A DNA stretch of 64,000 nucleotides from Eledone cirrhosa (GCA_964016885.1 OZ024759.1:28148001-28212000), one strand, 5' to 3'. Numbered from the stretch's first letter, positions 14,582 to 28,630 are shown. Made by a program: numbers and translations. The notes: a model not told the origin generated them from the sequence alone.

Positions 14582-15250
14582 CGACGACGATGATGATGAC
14601 ATTACCATCAAACACAATTCCCTTTTAAGTTGATTGACAGTGTTGGTGGAACGCCAGAGAAGATGATTTAGTCTTATCACTTTATGTTGTGAGTTCAAAT
14701 CCCAGAGGTGTAAATATTATTTTCTACACATACACTTGATTGATTGCTTCCAAATATATCTGCACATCCGGGTATTTTAGGAGGGTTTAAAGTTCGAACT
14801 TCACTGTGAACAATCTCTGAATGTTTCTATTGTTTATTATTCACACACACTCCCCCCCTGTTTATTTTTCACACACCACCACCACCACCACAACAACAAC
14901 AACAACAGTAGCCGCAACAACAACAACAGTAGCCGCAATAACAACAACAACAACAACAGCAACAGCATCAAAAATAGCAAGAACAGCAGCCTCACCACCA
15001 TCACACCCCCGGAATGAACAATAATAGCGTCTCCGCCACCACCGCCTCCAAACAAACCACCATCAACCCAACACCACCACCACCACCACAACAACAACAA
15101 CTGCTGCAACAACACCCCGTCCAGAAACAACAGCAGTAGCACCACCACCACCCCAACACCACCACCACAACAACAACAACACCCCGTCCAGAAACAACAG
15201 CAGTAGCACCAGCACCAACAACAACATCACCACAACAACAACTACAACAT
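11740..15250. repeat. Block of TA/TG, (GTT)n, (CAA)n and (GGT/GAT)n microsatellites
   Basis: Direct reading; poly-H/G/V/L ORFs are artefacts. Confidence 0.95.
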
Positions 15251-15327
15251 ATGTAAACACCTTTTGTGTGAACCTTCGTTAAGTTATGTTCCAAAAGGAT
15301 CGATCGACTTTCGTCAAATCGGACCGA

Positions 15328-15465
15328 GGAAACAATGTTTCCATTGGTCTTTCCAATTGCTAATACTATCTATCTGTCGCAACTCCAGGTAGAAGGAGCA
15401 ACGTGAAATGAAGTGTCTTGCTCAAGGACATAACGCCCGGTCCGGGAATCGAACTCACAATCGAA
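15328..15465 (-). mobile_element. CORE-type tRNA SINE fragment (family S2)
   Basis: GTGAAATGAAGTGTCTTGCTCAAGGACA and reverse B-box GGGAATCGAACTC; related copies at about 18295-18430 and 18795-18935. Confidence 0.75.
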
Positions 15466-15564
15466 CTTCCAAACACCAGTTTAATAACGAGAATTTTGAG
15501 TATTTTTTCAAAATTATTCGAAAATCACAGAAGACTATTTCTTTTACTCAAAATATATTAACGA

Positions 15565-16209
15565 AAGGAAAGTTAAAGCCTTCCATCACAATTTTATGTA
15601 AGAACCTTTGTTAAGTTATGTTCCAAACACCAGGTTAATAATGAGAAAGCGATAAGAACGTAGGGGGTCGCTGATGCTGACGAAGCAAGAATACAAGTGG
15701 TAATGCAGATTTGATAGCTTCCACTACATTTAAAGTGATGGATGAAGAGATATTAAATTACTAAATGCTTCCAAATTCTCGATTATTTTAAAGTTCATTT
15801 GAAAACCATATGGAACTGTCATTTATGGTAATGGAAGGGTTAAATTGTTTATATTTATCTAAAACCCTTACATCAAAATCTTATGTAAGATCCTTTATTT
15901 TATTAAGTTATTTTCCAAACCCCGGAAAGTTAGTTATATGACTATATACTCCCAAATTCTCGATTATTTTCGAAATCATTTGAAAACCACAGGGAACTGT
16001 CTTGCATTAGTAGTATGGTAATGGAAGGGTTAAATTGCTGATATTTATCTAAAATCCTTACATCAAAATTTTATGTAAGAACCTTTATTCAGTTATTTTC
16101 CAAACACTAGGAAATTACCAACTACTCCTAAATTCTCGATTATTTTCAAAACAATTTGAAAACCATAGGGAATTGTCTTTTATTAGTAATATGGTAATGG
16201 AAGGGTTAA
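15565..16209. mobile_element. Tandem ends of a piggyBac-like MITE (about 180-bp units)
   Basis: Three units each end ATGGTAATGGAAGGGTTAA (near 15843, 16033, 16209), i.e. a CCCTT terminus plus TTAA; shared AAGTTAT(G/T)TTCCAAAC. Confidence 0.6.
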
Positions 16210-16668
16210 TGTGTTAACATAGCAAAGAAATTATGTCCTGAGGAAGGACGTATTACGTGATGGGAATGATTGTTGGCTTGTGATCATTGAGTGGAGAATA
16301 AGGCGATAAGAACATAGGGGATCGCTGAGGCTGACGAAGCAAGAATACAAGTGGTAATGTAGATTTGATAGCTTCCACTACATTTAAAGTGATGGATGAA
16401 GTGATATTTTACCCCACTATGCTCACAGTATATTCACAAAGTATTGATTTTTTTCTCACTTGACAGACTTAGATTTGGAATGTCCAATTATAACGTACAA
16501 CGTGTCATTGCTTGCATATATATACCATATACACATGGTATATACACCTACATACACACATAGGCACACTGACACCCACACACACAATCCGTAGGGGCCG
16601 ATGTAGATGGCGAGTAATAGAAAAATGCGTGTTTATTTATATATATGTGTATGTGTGTGGGGGGGGTG

Positions 16669-16716
<48 letters not shown>

Positions 16717-16722
16717 AATACA

Positions 16723-16781
<59 letters not shown>

Positions 16782-16928
16782 TTTGAGTATATGTTGGTTG
16801 TATACCAACACCTCAGTATGCAGATTGGAGCACTCGACGAAGTGCGCAGGTTGGTTTGGTTACTCCGGAGTAATGTAAAATAACATAAAATAAATAAGTC
16901 AAATGTTTAAAATTTGGCTTCGTTTATT

Positions 16929-16983
16929 ACTGCTATATATATTTCGGTGACAGCCATCTTTGGCTGTGACCTCTTCAGGCAGT
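16929..16983 (-). ncRNA. Type I minimal hammerhead ribozyme (antisense twin)
   Basis: Exact reverse complement of 17092-17146. Confidence 0.85.
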
Positions 16984-17091
16984 CCTATTAGTGTGGTAGA
17001 GACGAGTACACATGTTGTTGGGCATATCAGAGTATTGACAAAGTTAAACACCTCAAAAACATGTGTACTCGTCTCTACCACACTAATTTGG

Positions 17092-17146
17092 ACTGCCTGA
17101 AGAGGTCACAGCCAAAGATGGCTGTCACCGAAATATATATAGCAGT
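17092..17146 (+). ncRNA. Type I minimal hammerhead ribozyme
   Basis: ACUGC-CUGAAGA-GGUcACAGCCA aaga UGGCUGUcACC-GAAA-UAUAUA-UA-GCAGU: intact core, stem I ACUGC/GCAGU, 10-bp stem II, palindromic stem III, AUA cleavage triplet. Confidence 0.88.
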
Positions 17147-17224
17147 AATAAACGAAGCCAAATTTTAAACATTTGACTTATTTATTTTATTTTATTTTAT
17201 TTTATATATATACACATAAAGACA

Positions 17225-17264
<40 letters not shown>

Positions 17265-17267
17265 AAT

Positions 17268-17303
<36 letters not shown>

Positions 17304-17479
17304 GTACAGTAAAACATCTAAATATACTAGAAACAAGATATACATATAGTATATAGTAGAAGTACATATAGTAAAATAAATACCTACATGTAATTCTATA
17401 ATATGATATCTGAGTTCCACGTGTTACATGCACAGTCATCAGAAGAGGAAATTGTTTCGCGTACATTGTATATATTAGC

Positions 17480-17952
17480 AGTGAATTGGAAGAGTCGTTA
17501 GAACATCGGATAGAATGCTTTATAGTATTCGTTCTAGCTCTGTGCTCCCTGAGTTCAAAACCTGTCGAGGTCAACTTTGCCTATCCTTCTTTCGAGGCCG
17601 ATACAAAACGTACCAGTCTAGTACTACGGTCGATTCTTCTTCTATATTGTTTTCTCATTTCCTCTCTCTCACTTAGTATCTTTCTCTGGAAGAAATCTAC
17701 TGTAGTCAGGCCTGGAGAAGGATGGACTCCATCAGGCTTAAAATGCCCAAGAAACGCCGTATCTCAATATGGCGTCCCTACGAGATGAATAACGAGGAAA
17801 GGAATTGTCAGAGTCGTTAGAATGTCGGATAGAATGGTTTATGGTATTCGTTCCGGCTCTCTGGATTCAACTTTGCCTTTCTTCCTCAAGAGGTCGATAA
17901 AAAAGTACCAGTCTAGTACTGGGGTCGATACATCCTCTATATCTCTTCCTCA

Positions 17953-18023
<71 letters not shown>

Positions 18024-18036
18024 ACTCACTCACTCA

Positions 18037-18084
<48 letters not shown>

Positions 18085-18240
18085 TTCTATCTTTCTCTCG
18101 AAGAAATCTGGTGTACTTAGGCCTGGAGAAGGATGGACTCCGCCAGGCTTAAAGTGCCCAAGAATCGCCGTATGTCAATACAGCGTCCCTACGATTCTAT
18201 CAGGTGTTACGGAACCATACATACATAATATACATATTTC
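17480..18240 (+). mobile_element. Two tandem composite SINE-like units with internal (CT)n
   Basis: Diverged S1-like head (GAGTCGTTAGAA...CAACTTTGCC...GTACCAGTCTAGTACT), then CT tract, then shared tail; seen twice. Confidence 0.65.
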
Positions 18241-19329
18241 AATCAATCGACAAGATCCCAGACTTCACTCGCTTACTATTAAATCGGACGAACGAAACAA
18301 TGTTTCCATTGGTCTTTCCAATATTGCTGATACTATCTCCCGGTTGTGACTCCTGACAGAAAGAGTAATGTGAAATAAAGTGTCTTGATCAAGGACATAA
18401 CGCATCGCAAGGTCTCGCAACCTCACAGTAAACATAAACATACATACATACAAACATATACATATATACAAACACATACATATATATTTTCTCACTCGTT
18501 CCTCTTTTCCCACAATGCCTAGCCAAATAAATTTCCCCCGCTTTGCTTTCCAAAATCGTTACCAAGACTACCTAACGCTTTCTCTTGTCTGCTCTCTTTA
18601 TTTTTTTCTTTACTTGGACTACACTTATTTTCTCTATCTATCCTTTGAGATCCTGTCTCTATTTTTGTACTCCTGAAGAAGGGCTGAAGCCCAACAAGTC
18701 GAACTTTCTTTCCCCTTTTCCATATAAAGCGTGAAACTAATAAGACTTTTGTACCTCTGTCGGTTTTGTTCGTTTACCGAGTCGGGTGGTAATCGAAACA
18801 ATGTTTACATTGGTCTTTCCATTGTTGATGCTATCTACCGGTCACAGCTTATAGCAGAAAGATTAACGTGAAATGAAATGTCTTGCTCAAGGACATAACG
18901 CATCACCCGATTCGAAGAAACGACCCCGCAACTTCCTCAGGCATTGCGGATCAAATTTTCAAAGATGAAATGGCGCGTCTTCACAGAGGACGAATATTTT
19001 ATGTAAATATTGTAAATATTCCTGGAAGAAAGCCCTGAACATGGCATGAGTGATAAAAATGTCATATTGTTATATTTTTTTTATGACACTTGTGGAGTCA
19101 TAATGTTGAGAAATCACTTATCTCACACACAACCTCACCATTAACGAAATATATCTATAGAGGCTCTGTGATGTTTACACATATCTCTATATTTTTAACA
19201 GTGTGAGATCTTTTTATCAGCACGATTCGATGTTTTAGGTTAATGTGAAAATAATCGAACAGGAATTTATTCAATAAGACTCTTGGTTCCAGGATAGTAA
19301 TTACACATTGCTCTTGAGTGGTGTGTGTG

Positions 19330-19370
<41 letters not shown>

Positions 19371-19543
19371 GGTTCAGTGGGTCGGGGTTGGTGTTAGTGG
19401 TGATGGGTGGATGTGTGGTGTGGTGGTGATAGTGTTGGGGGAACATCACTTTCTCACACACGCAATGTATCTTATAAATATATATATATATATATATACA
19501 TACATATATATATACATACATAAATATATACATATATATATAT

Positions 19544-19586
<43 letters not shown>

Positions 19587-19829
19587 TATACATATATATA
19601 TATGTATACATACATGCATACATACATACATATATATATACACACGCACACATACATATATATATATATATTCTTCTTCATATTCCTGTAGACATAGTGA
19701 CGTGGCTTTAATATGTGGCTTCTAGCTACACTTTACACAGACGCGAGATGGAATTAACTGATATTATTGGAAGGAATCTGAAATAAAGCGAATCGAAGCA
19801 TTAATCTTTCTATTAGCAAGCATAATAGT

Positions 19830-20018
19830 AATAATTGTTTCTACTTTAGGCACAAGGCCAGCAATTACCCAGTGTATTACTGGTACTTTATTTTATCGAC
19901 CCCATAAGGATGAAAGGCAAAGTTAACCTCGGCGGGATTTGAACTCAGAATGGCAAGGGCTGTAACTCTATGCATCAAAGCATGGTGTCCGACCCTCTAC
20001 CGATTCTGCCAATTCACT
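19830..20018 (-). mobile_element. S1 SINE
   Basis: Full reverse-complement S1. Confidence 0.9.
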
Positions 20019-20621
20019 ATGGTTAAGAAATAATATTGAAACAGCGCGGCATGACATTCAGAGAGTAACAAGCGTCAGATGATTGCTGTCTTTTCTATAT
20101 TCTATCGTTGCCCCAAGGAACATCTATTTTCTTTCGATAAGCTCTTTTGATTCTGTTGTATTTCAACTATAACCTATTCACATATTATATCGATCTACAT
20201 CTTCCTATTTGGTTTGGGGCCCCTAATGCTACAGGATCCGATTAGTGAATGGCTAAACACATTTGTGCATTTTCAATCAAAAGACCCATATATCTGGAAA
20301 ACCTGATATTTTGATGTTTTCTACGAGCATTAACGTTGATTACATGTCCTTCCTACTTAAACACAGCCGCGAGAGTATATCCTTTATCCTTTCAAGTTTT
20401 ATGTGTTTGGGGAACGTAACGATCATTTCTTTGAAAAATCCGTCAATGGTGAATTTACATAACATCGACTAAAATTAACAAACAACAGCTTCCAATATTT
20501 ATAATATAATGAAATATCTTTCATACTATAATCATCTGCTAAATATCTTATAACATACTTGGAAAGCTTTCAGCTTGGATAATATTTGGGAACAGATTTG
20601 ATGTTTTTCATTCATATCTAT

Positions 20622-20661
<40 letters not shown>

Positions 20662-20690
20662 GTATGGTAGTGGTTATGTCGTGTTTTATA

Positions 20691-20762
<72 letters not shown>

Positions 20763-20768
<6 letters not shown>

Positions 20769-21432
20769 ATACTTGGGGAGGGTCATATTTGTGTAATATT
20801 GCCAGAATTAATAACAGAACACACTCACTGTTTGGTTGGTTTTCGCTTCTCAGAAAGAATGAGTGGAACAACAACAACAACACCCAAACAAACACAAGCA
20901 CAATAACAACAAGCACATAAACACACACTAGTCACCCAGCAAACACAACACTATACACACTAGTCACACAGCAAACATAACACTATACACACACGCAAAC
21001 GCATGCGCAAAGAAGGCAAAATAAAATAAACAAACAAGCAAATAAATAAATAAATATATAGACAGACTGAATAAAAAATGGCATAGACATACAACACAAC
21101 AGGAGGAAAAAAAAAATATAACACCACTGACGATGTTGCAGATGTGCAACGAAAGATTTATGTAAATTATGTAAACTATATATATGTGTTTGTGTCTATA
21201 TTGTATCTGTATTATTTTTGACCGTCGGTCAGTCAATGGCAACATTGAGGACCGAGTAAGTTAGATCGCAGATATAAAAGACAGCGAGAAGCGAAAACCA
21301 ACCAAACAGTGAGTGTGTTCTGTTATTAATTCTGGCAATATTACACAAATATGACCCTCCCCAGGTATAACAATATTTGTTTCGACACACGATTTCATAT
21401 AAAAAACCTCGCTAAACTAATTCATCGCCGCT
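20763..21432 (+). mobile_element. Penelope-like pLTR remnant with an inverted ~85-bp end, hammerhead and ORF start
   Basis: 20763-20850 is the reverse complement of 21287-21374; hammerhead at 21123-21164; ATG at 21351 opens MTLPRYNNICFDTRFHIKNLAKLIHRRY; the same end recurs at 57990-58071. Confidence 0.65.
21123..21164 (+). ncRNA. Minimal hammerhead ribozyme with an extra nucleotide after A9
   Basis: CUGACGA-U-GUUGCA gaug UGCAAC-GAAA-GAUUUA; stem I is imperfect. Confidence 0.6.
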
Positions 21433-21534
<102 letters not shown>

Positions 21535-21601
21535 AAAAGGTAAATAGAGATAACATAGTCTGTACAGTATTTAGAAGGAATATATTAGGTTAATATAATA
21601 T

Positions 21602-21690
21602 TTAATATAGAAATGGCTTTTATCGGACTAGAACAGTTTCATTCGAATGAAACAGTTCTATTCCTGTAGAACCCATTTCTATATTAAATA
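21602..21690. repeat. Fold-back palindrome, same family as 60810-60925
   Basis: AATATAGAAATGG...GTTTCATTCGAATGAAAC...CCATTTCTATATT. Confidence 0.85.
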
Positions 21691-22012
21691 TTATATATAC
21701 TCTACTATGTAGTACCTTACTTACTGTGGGTACCCACGATTGAACCCGGGATACATACTCATACACACACATATATATATATATGTGTGTGTGTGAATTT
21801 ATATATATATGTGTATGTGTGTGTATATATATATGTATGTATATATGTATGCATATATATATATATATATATATATATACATGGAAAGTTATATTTAAAA
21901 TTGTTGGGTTACAACTAGTAAATATTTATAACTGATATAAAAGCACTCGACAAATATTTGGAGTATATATACAATATTAAATAAATGGAAACTATATTTA
22001 TAAAACCATATT

Positions 22013-22078
22013 TATTTCATTATATATATTTCAGGGATATCATATTAACAATATGCTATGCCTTCCTCAGACAAAATA
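22013..22078 (-). ncRNA. Type I minimal hammerhead ribozyme
   Basis: Minus strand: UAUUUUGU-CUGAGGA-AGGcAUAgCAUAUU guu AAUAUGaUAUcCCU-GAAA-UAUAUA-UA-AUGAAAUA; 8-bp stem I with G-U pairs. Confidence 0.8.
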
Positions 22079-22271
22079 CAATATAAACAGTTTTATAGAT
22101 AAATAGATTCGACATACCGTAACAACATCGACTTGCATTTGAAGAGGTTGATTTGGCAGTGAGAAAATTGTACACAGAGAGAAAGAAAGAGAGAAAAAAA
22201 AAAAGAAAGAAAGACAGAAAACGAAGAAAAGGAAGAAAAAGAAGAAATGCATTGAACAAAATAGAGAGATG

Positions 22272-22317
<46 letters not shown>

Positions 22318-22440
22318 TTTTTCATTAGTTTGTATTCACCAATCTTTCCGTAGCTAATATGTTCCTCACACTGGTAGTTTAAAATCCTCTATGTTTGAAC
22401 ACACATCTCTATGTATACTTCTCTCTATATATTAATACAC

Positions 22441-22509
<69 letters not shown>

Positions 22510-23007
22510 ACTTTAACTCAAAATATTTCGTTTCCCATAGGTTTTTCAACTTGTGCAATCTCGAATCTTAAGTACTCAGTTCAAAAGTGTTTTACTGATT
22601 TTACTGTCAAGATCCTTTTATAGATTGTAATGAAATCATAATTATATTCTATATATCATTGATTAAAGGGAAGTTGAAAGAAAGAGAGATTAAGAGATAT
22701 AGACTGAGAGAAGAAGATATAGAGATAGTGAGAGACTGAATGTGTCTATTGATAGACGCTGTTGCACTTCATAACTTTATGTAAGTCAGTAATTATTTAT
22801 CACCAGATTGAATTACATATAGAAATCAATGAGTAGGTGTTGAAATATTCGGATATCGGTAAATCTGAACTGATGAAGATTATATACTGGGGGCAGCAGA
22901 AAAACCTCCCATATTTTACACCAGAGATACTGAAGCGTTGTGGGCCACTGCCCACCTCAGTGATCCACCCCTATTTCCTGAGAGACCTGCCTACACGCAA
23001 ATTATAA

Positions 23008-23193
23008 ATACTTGTTTCTACTTTTGGTACACGGCCAGCAATTACCCCAGTGTATTACTGGTACTTTATTTTATCGAAACCGTAAGGATGAAAGACACAG
23101 TTAACCTAGGCGGGATTTGAACTCAGATCATAAAGGGCCGTAGCTCTATGCTGCAAATCATGGCGCCCGACCCTCTACTGTACTGCCAATCCA
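23008..23193 (-). mobile_element. S1 SINE
   Basis: Reverse-complement S1. Confidence 0.88.
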
Positions 23194-23535
23194 GTAAATA
23201 CTATATAGTAATTACATTTGTTAATTTATATATAATAAATAATATAATATATACTTTTTATAAATAAATATTATATATATATTTTTTTATTTTACTATAT
23301 TTACATATATATATATATATATCAGTTGATATTCAATATACTATTATATCATGTCTAGCGCCCCTTACCCCCAGAGTTCCTCTAGACCTTCTCAACACCC
23401 CCCGAAGGTGGGCGGTAGCACTCACGTTGAGAGCGTCTGTTTTACACAATCAACTCTTAAAATGTGGGAGGATTTTTGCCACAGCTTATATAAAGGGTTT
23501 AGCTGAGATTTTGTGAGATCCATTCGTAACATATA

Positions 23536-23853
23536 TACGAGGGTCGGCTGAAATGCTCACAGGCTGACTATGAAGGAGTGATGCTAGGGCTGTGAAATCT
23601 TACATGCATTAATTTCAACTCTTCCAGGGACCACGTTGAAAAATAAACCTCATTTGGTCATTCAATGAGATTATCTTAGTTAGCCTATGAAGGAGTGATG
23701 CTGGAGCTGTGAAATCTTGCGTGCATACATTTCAAATCTTCTTACTAATTATGTATTATTTCTTTCCAGGGACTACGTTGAAAAATAAACCACATTTGGT
23801 TACTCTGTGAGAGTATCTTGGTCAATCTATGAACTTTTCAGCAGACCATTGTA
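23536..23853. mobile_element. Mariner-type MITE
   Basis: TA-CGAGGGTCGGCTGAAA ... TTTTCAGCAGACCATTG-TA imperfect TIRs; internal ~110-bp duplication; relatives at 41060-41540. Confidence 0.75.
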
Positions 23854-24375
23854 TACTCTATAGCAGAAGCCATCACATCTAAAAGGTGACAACGAGGGGC
23901 GAAGAAGCTGCCATTATACAATACTTGTAGTGAAGGCCTAAAGATCTACTCATTCAACTGAAACATGACATTCCATCTACAAGAGATTCCAGAAGGTAGG
24001 GGATATATTTATATATATATTCAATTTATTCCGGGTCTTTTCATTGTTTTGGTTTTGCTCATGTTTTCAGGTATATAGCCGTACTCACCACGCTTGGCCA
24101 ATTGCCGGTTGGTGGGACTGTTTAACACATATGTGGGGTAGATGGGTTGATTCTGGGGAGTTCATCTACCTTTATAACAGCTCTTGTTTTTTTGTACTGC
24201 TTGGAATCCTTTATACCTTCCTGAACAGACCAAGATCTGTTGGGGGGAGCCAGATTAGTCGTCGATAACTTGAGCAGGAAGCAGATTGTACCGGATTACA
24301 CTGTAAGGTAGCTGGCAAACCCCTGACCTGACTTTGAATATCTATTTATCTATCAATCTCCCTCACTCTCTCTGT

Positions 24376-24532
<157 letters not shown>

Positions 24533-24769
24533 CGTGTATGTCTTTTTCTCGCATGCTTTTCATAACTCTTTACTTTCTATTTATCTTCTATTTCTAACTC
24601 TATCTTGTTATGAACGACTAGTGTCCGAAACGTTGAGAGTCTCTTCCTGCTATTTCAAGTGTTAACATAACATATTTCTTCCACGTATTGTACCGTTTGT
24701 TTTGTTATTTTGTTATCACTTTTACATACATACATACATACATGCGTATATATATATATAGGTAGGTAG

Positions 24770-26058
24770 ATATTTAATTATGAATGTATGAATGTTTTAC
24801 TATTACCTATATCATGACGTGCTCTAGCATGACGTTAGATGTAAATATCTAAATGAGACAAAGGAACACTTCCAACAGAATATTGAGAAACAATTCTTGT
24901 TGTTATTGTCGTTGTTGCTGTTGTTGCTGTCCTTTTCCTTATTGTTGTTATTGTTGATGTCATTTTTCTTATTGTTGTGATTGTTGTTGTTATATTCATT
25001 GTTGGTCTTTGGATAGAATCCATTTTCAGTTGTAAATTCTATTGCAGACAATAACTTAAATTAATCCAGGGTTCAGCTGACATCAAATAAAACTACCAAA
25101 TAAAATCAATTATCCAGACTTTACATGCAACAAAATATCTCTCCAGTTGGTCATTACAACTAACATATTTTCTGAAAGAAAAGTGTAAGTCAATAGCAAA
25201 GATCAATAGACAACACACTGATGTTAAATTCATATGCAATATATGTCTCCAGAATTAAATAAGTGGCCGTAAGATCCTGCATCAAAATCCTATGGCTCTA
25301 GTTAAGTTATATTATATAATCATTTAGCGATTCTAGGCTGTTCTGATTCTCGTTATATCGTTAATACATGACTCCTGTATATTGTCAATGTTCAGTAACT
25401 GAATCTCTATCTAATCCGATTGTGTCTTGGTAATACAGGATCTAAATCTTAATTTCAATCTTAGTTATCATTTCAATGATTAAGTTTGATGTGAGATCCT
25501 CGTTTAGAATCTGAGATAATATATAACAGTTCCCTCCAATAGATTTAGTTCAACAAAAGATTACTTTATACACTCTCTAACTTTTTCTTTCTCCAGCAGA
25601 TAGAAAAGAGCTCAATGAATGTCAGATTAAAAGAGAGATAAAATAGACCTTATTCTTTCACGCCAACTCACATTTTCCTTTTTACTTCAATTTTTTCCCC
25701 AGTCGAAGGTTTTTTTTATGGATTTAGTGGTGAACTATGATTAAGAAGAGATAACCACTTCATATCTCTGACGACAGAGTTTCAACTTAGATATTCTTTC
25801 GATAAAACACAAACTTGGCAATTTCTAAATCTCTTTTCAACAGAACTATGGTAATTTTCGGACATGTCAAAAATAAACATTTATAGTTTCGTTGCGATGT
25901 GGAATATTAAAACCAGAGCCAAGTTTCTGTAAAACAAAATCTTCAAACGGTTTAGATTCTATTTCAGTTTTCCCCAGGGGAAGATTGTTAATGGCTAGAG
26001 AGGAGAGCCTGAGTAAACTATTTATAAAGTTGAGAATGTTATACGGTTTCGATTTCTA
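24770..26058 (-). repeat. ~1.28-kb dispersed duplicate, inverted copy of 52035-53292
   Basis: Near-identical reverse complement with scattered SNPs and one ~21-bp indel in the (CAA) part. Confidence 0.95.
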
Positions 26059-26358
26059 GATATTCCTTTGATAAAACACAAACTTGGCAATTTCTAAATC
26101 TCATTTTAACCAAATTATGGTAATGTTTGGACTGTTCAAAAATAACCACTATATATATATATATATGAAAAATTCGGGACCCCAAGTATCGAGTACTCTG
26201 GTGAGTAATGGTCTAACTGGTTTTTATCGCATCCATTTTGATATATATAATATATAAGGGGTCTTAACGTTTCGGACGCTGTTTCTTCGTCAGAGAAAAG
26301 AATGAGTAGTTAAAGAAGAAATAGAAAGATTAAGGGGACGGGCAGGGCGACATCAGCC

Positions 26359-26409
<51 letters not shown>

Positions 26410-26429
26410 ATGTGTGTGTGTGTGTGTGA

Positions 26430-26600
26430 GTGTAAAGGTTAAACAGAAATTACAACACAATCGATACAGTATATGGAAGGAATATATTAGGTAAACGCTT
26501 GAAATAGCAGGAAGCGGGTCTTGATGTTTCGGAGGCTAGTCCTTCATCAGAAGAAAGAATGAGAAGTAAGATAGATTGAAGGGACGGGTAGGTTGTAATA
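26430..26600 (-). mobile_element. Short Penelope-like element carrying a minimal hammerhead
   Basis: Downstream CTTCCTGCTATTTCAAGCG...TTCCTTCCATATACTGTA is shared with 24600-24720 and 45266-45350, and partly with 21535-21600. Confidence 0.6.
26519..26554 (-). ncRNA. Minimal type I hammerhead ribozyme
   Basis: Minus strand UCUU-CUGAUGA-A-GGA cuagcc UCC-GAAA-CA-UC-AAGA; degenerate sibling at 26262-26295 (CUGACGA...CCGAAACGUU). Confidence 0.7.
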
Positions 26601-27291
26601 GGAAAAAATGTCTTTAGATGAAAATAACAGGTCCATTCATGTTGACATCTCTTGGAAAACTGTTGGTGCTGGCGATTTGTGAATTATTTATTTTATTTAT
26701 AGTTTTATTTGAGAGTTGGGGAGTTTCAGTAAACCTAAATCTATAATTACTTTCAATTCCCTGTCGAGGTTATTTCAATTCCCAAATACCCTTAGAAATT
26801 AATAGTAATTGGTACCATAGAAAATTAAAATATATCCATGGACACCTCACAGGGACTCTCCTCACTACTAAGGCAAGCTGGGTTATCATCCACCACGTTA
26901 TACTGTACTATCACCAATGTAGTATCACCAATAATAAAGTAATACTGAATAGAAAAAAGATATTAAAAAATTCTAGAAAATTTCAATTTTCTGATATCAG
27001 TGATATGGACACGGAGAGATTGAAATACAATTCTCTCTTATCTAATAATTAATGTAAATATATTAAACTATAATAAACTGCTGCGTTCAGGGACTCATTA
27101 TGGCTCTACATTCTGTCACTACTATTTTCTCTATTCTCTCTCTTTCATATATATATATATATAATGTGTGTGTTTGTATGTATGTATATATATATATATA
27201 CACATATATATATATATATACATGTACATACATAAATACATACATACATACATACATATATATATATATATGTACATACACCCATACACAT

Positions 27292-27368
<77 letters not shown>

Positions 27369-27437
27369 TACACATATACATATACATGTACATACATCCA
27401 AACAAACATACATATATATATATGTACATACACCCAT

Positions 27438-27515
<78 letters not shown>

Positions 27516-27542
27516 ATATATATATATATGTATGAATGTATG

Positions 27543-27602
<60 letters not shown>

Positions 27603-28294
27603 CATTTATGCGTGTTTGCTTATTTATCTTTCTGAATTAGAACTTGTTTGTATTTTTGTATATTTTTTTTTCGTTTCTTTATGCCATGTCTGTGTTTTTT
27701 GCTATTATTGATATTATTATTGTTTTTATTTTTATTGTTGTTATCGATGTTATTGATATTTTTGTTGTTGATGATATTGCTGTTGTTGTTATTGTTGTTG
27801 TCGCTAATTTAATTGCTTCTTTGACAAATTTATTTTTTCCACAGTCATTTCTTCTTATCGTTCTAAGAAATTTAAGGAAATCTTACAAGATATTTATTTT
27901 GTTTTGTTTCCATCAATATGGCGTAATTAGAAATTTCTCGATTTCAGACTAACACACTTTCATCATAAATCAATGATTTTATTGTTGTTTTTTTTTATTA
28001 TTTAAACAACAGCTCATTACCATAACTACATGATAGGCTTCGTGCGTTCATCAATGGGGGGTCCCTTTAAGACATGTAATGTAACACTAAGATCGCCATG
28101 TAAGGTGGTAGTGTTGGGGTCATGATAAAAAGCATCAAATCTCCTCAGTCATGTGGTAGGGTCTGAGTGGGGGTGTTTATGTCACGATCAAAGAACAGTT
28201 CAGACGGCAAAGGTCATGTATTGATGTATCTCTGTGCGTGTGTGTGTGTGCACGTGAACATATATACTTATATATCTATATATGTTTATGTACG

Positions 28295-28630
28295 GTGAAG
28301 GCGTATGGCTTAATGGTTAGATCGTTGGGCTTGCAATCGTGAGGTTGTGAGTTCGAGTCTCAGACCGGGTGATGCGCTGTGATCTTGAGCCAGACACTTT
28401 ATTTCACGTTGCTGTAGTTACTTCCCTCAGCTGTAGAAATGAATTACGACGTGACTGGTGTCAAGCTGTATCAGCCTTTGTCTTTCTCTTGGACAACATT
28501 GGTGGCATGGAGAGGGGGAGACTGGTATGCATGGACGGCTGCTGGTCTTCCCCAAACAACCTTGCCTCGACTTTTGCCTCGGAGGAGATCTTTCTAGGTG
28601 TAAATCTTATGGAGGTTGTCTTTCGGAAAG
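28295..28630 (+). mobile_element. CORE-type tRNA SINE (S2) with long 3' region
   Basis: A-box TGGCTTAATGG, B-box GAGTTCGAGTC, CORE-like GTGATCTTGAGCCAGACACTTTATTTCAC. Confidence 0.75.

Larger units (their letters stand above)
16885..17190. mobile_element. Near-perfect inverted repeat (arms about 132 bp, spacer about 41 bp) with a hammerhead in each arm; Penelope-like inverted pLTR
   Basis: 16885-17016 is the reverse complement of 17058-17190; the block lies between (TA)n tracts. Confidence 0.8.

Noticed and set aside
13494-14633. 373-aa His-rich and 171-aa Gly/Asp-rich ORFs
   Set aside because: (GGT/GAT)n trinucleotide tract open in many frames on both strands; no unique coding flanks.
20763-21374. 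DNA-transposon MITE with 85-bp TIRs
   Set aside because: Homology continues beyond the apparent right TIR and a hammerhead lies inside, which fits an inverted pLTR better.
22885-23490. Decayed TIR pair (AAAAACCTCCCATATTTT / AAAATGTGGGAGGATTTTT)
   Set aside because: The match is short and imperfect, so element boundaries cannot be supported.
25762-25797. Hammerhead at ATATCT-CTGACGA...AGATAT (also in the 52.3-kb copy)
   Set aside because: Stem I and CUGACGA are present but there is no GAAA or stem III on that strand.
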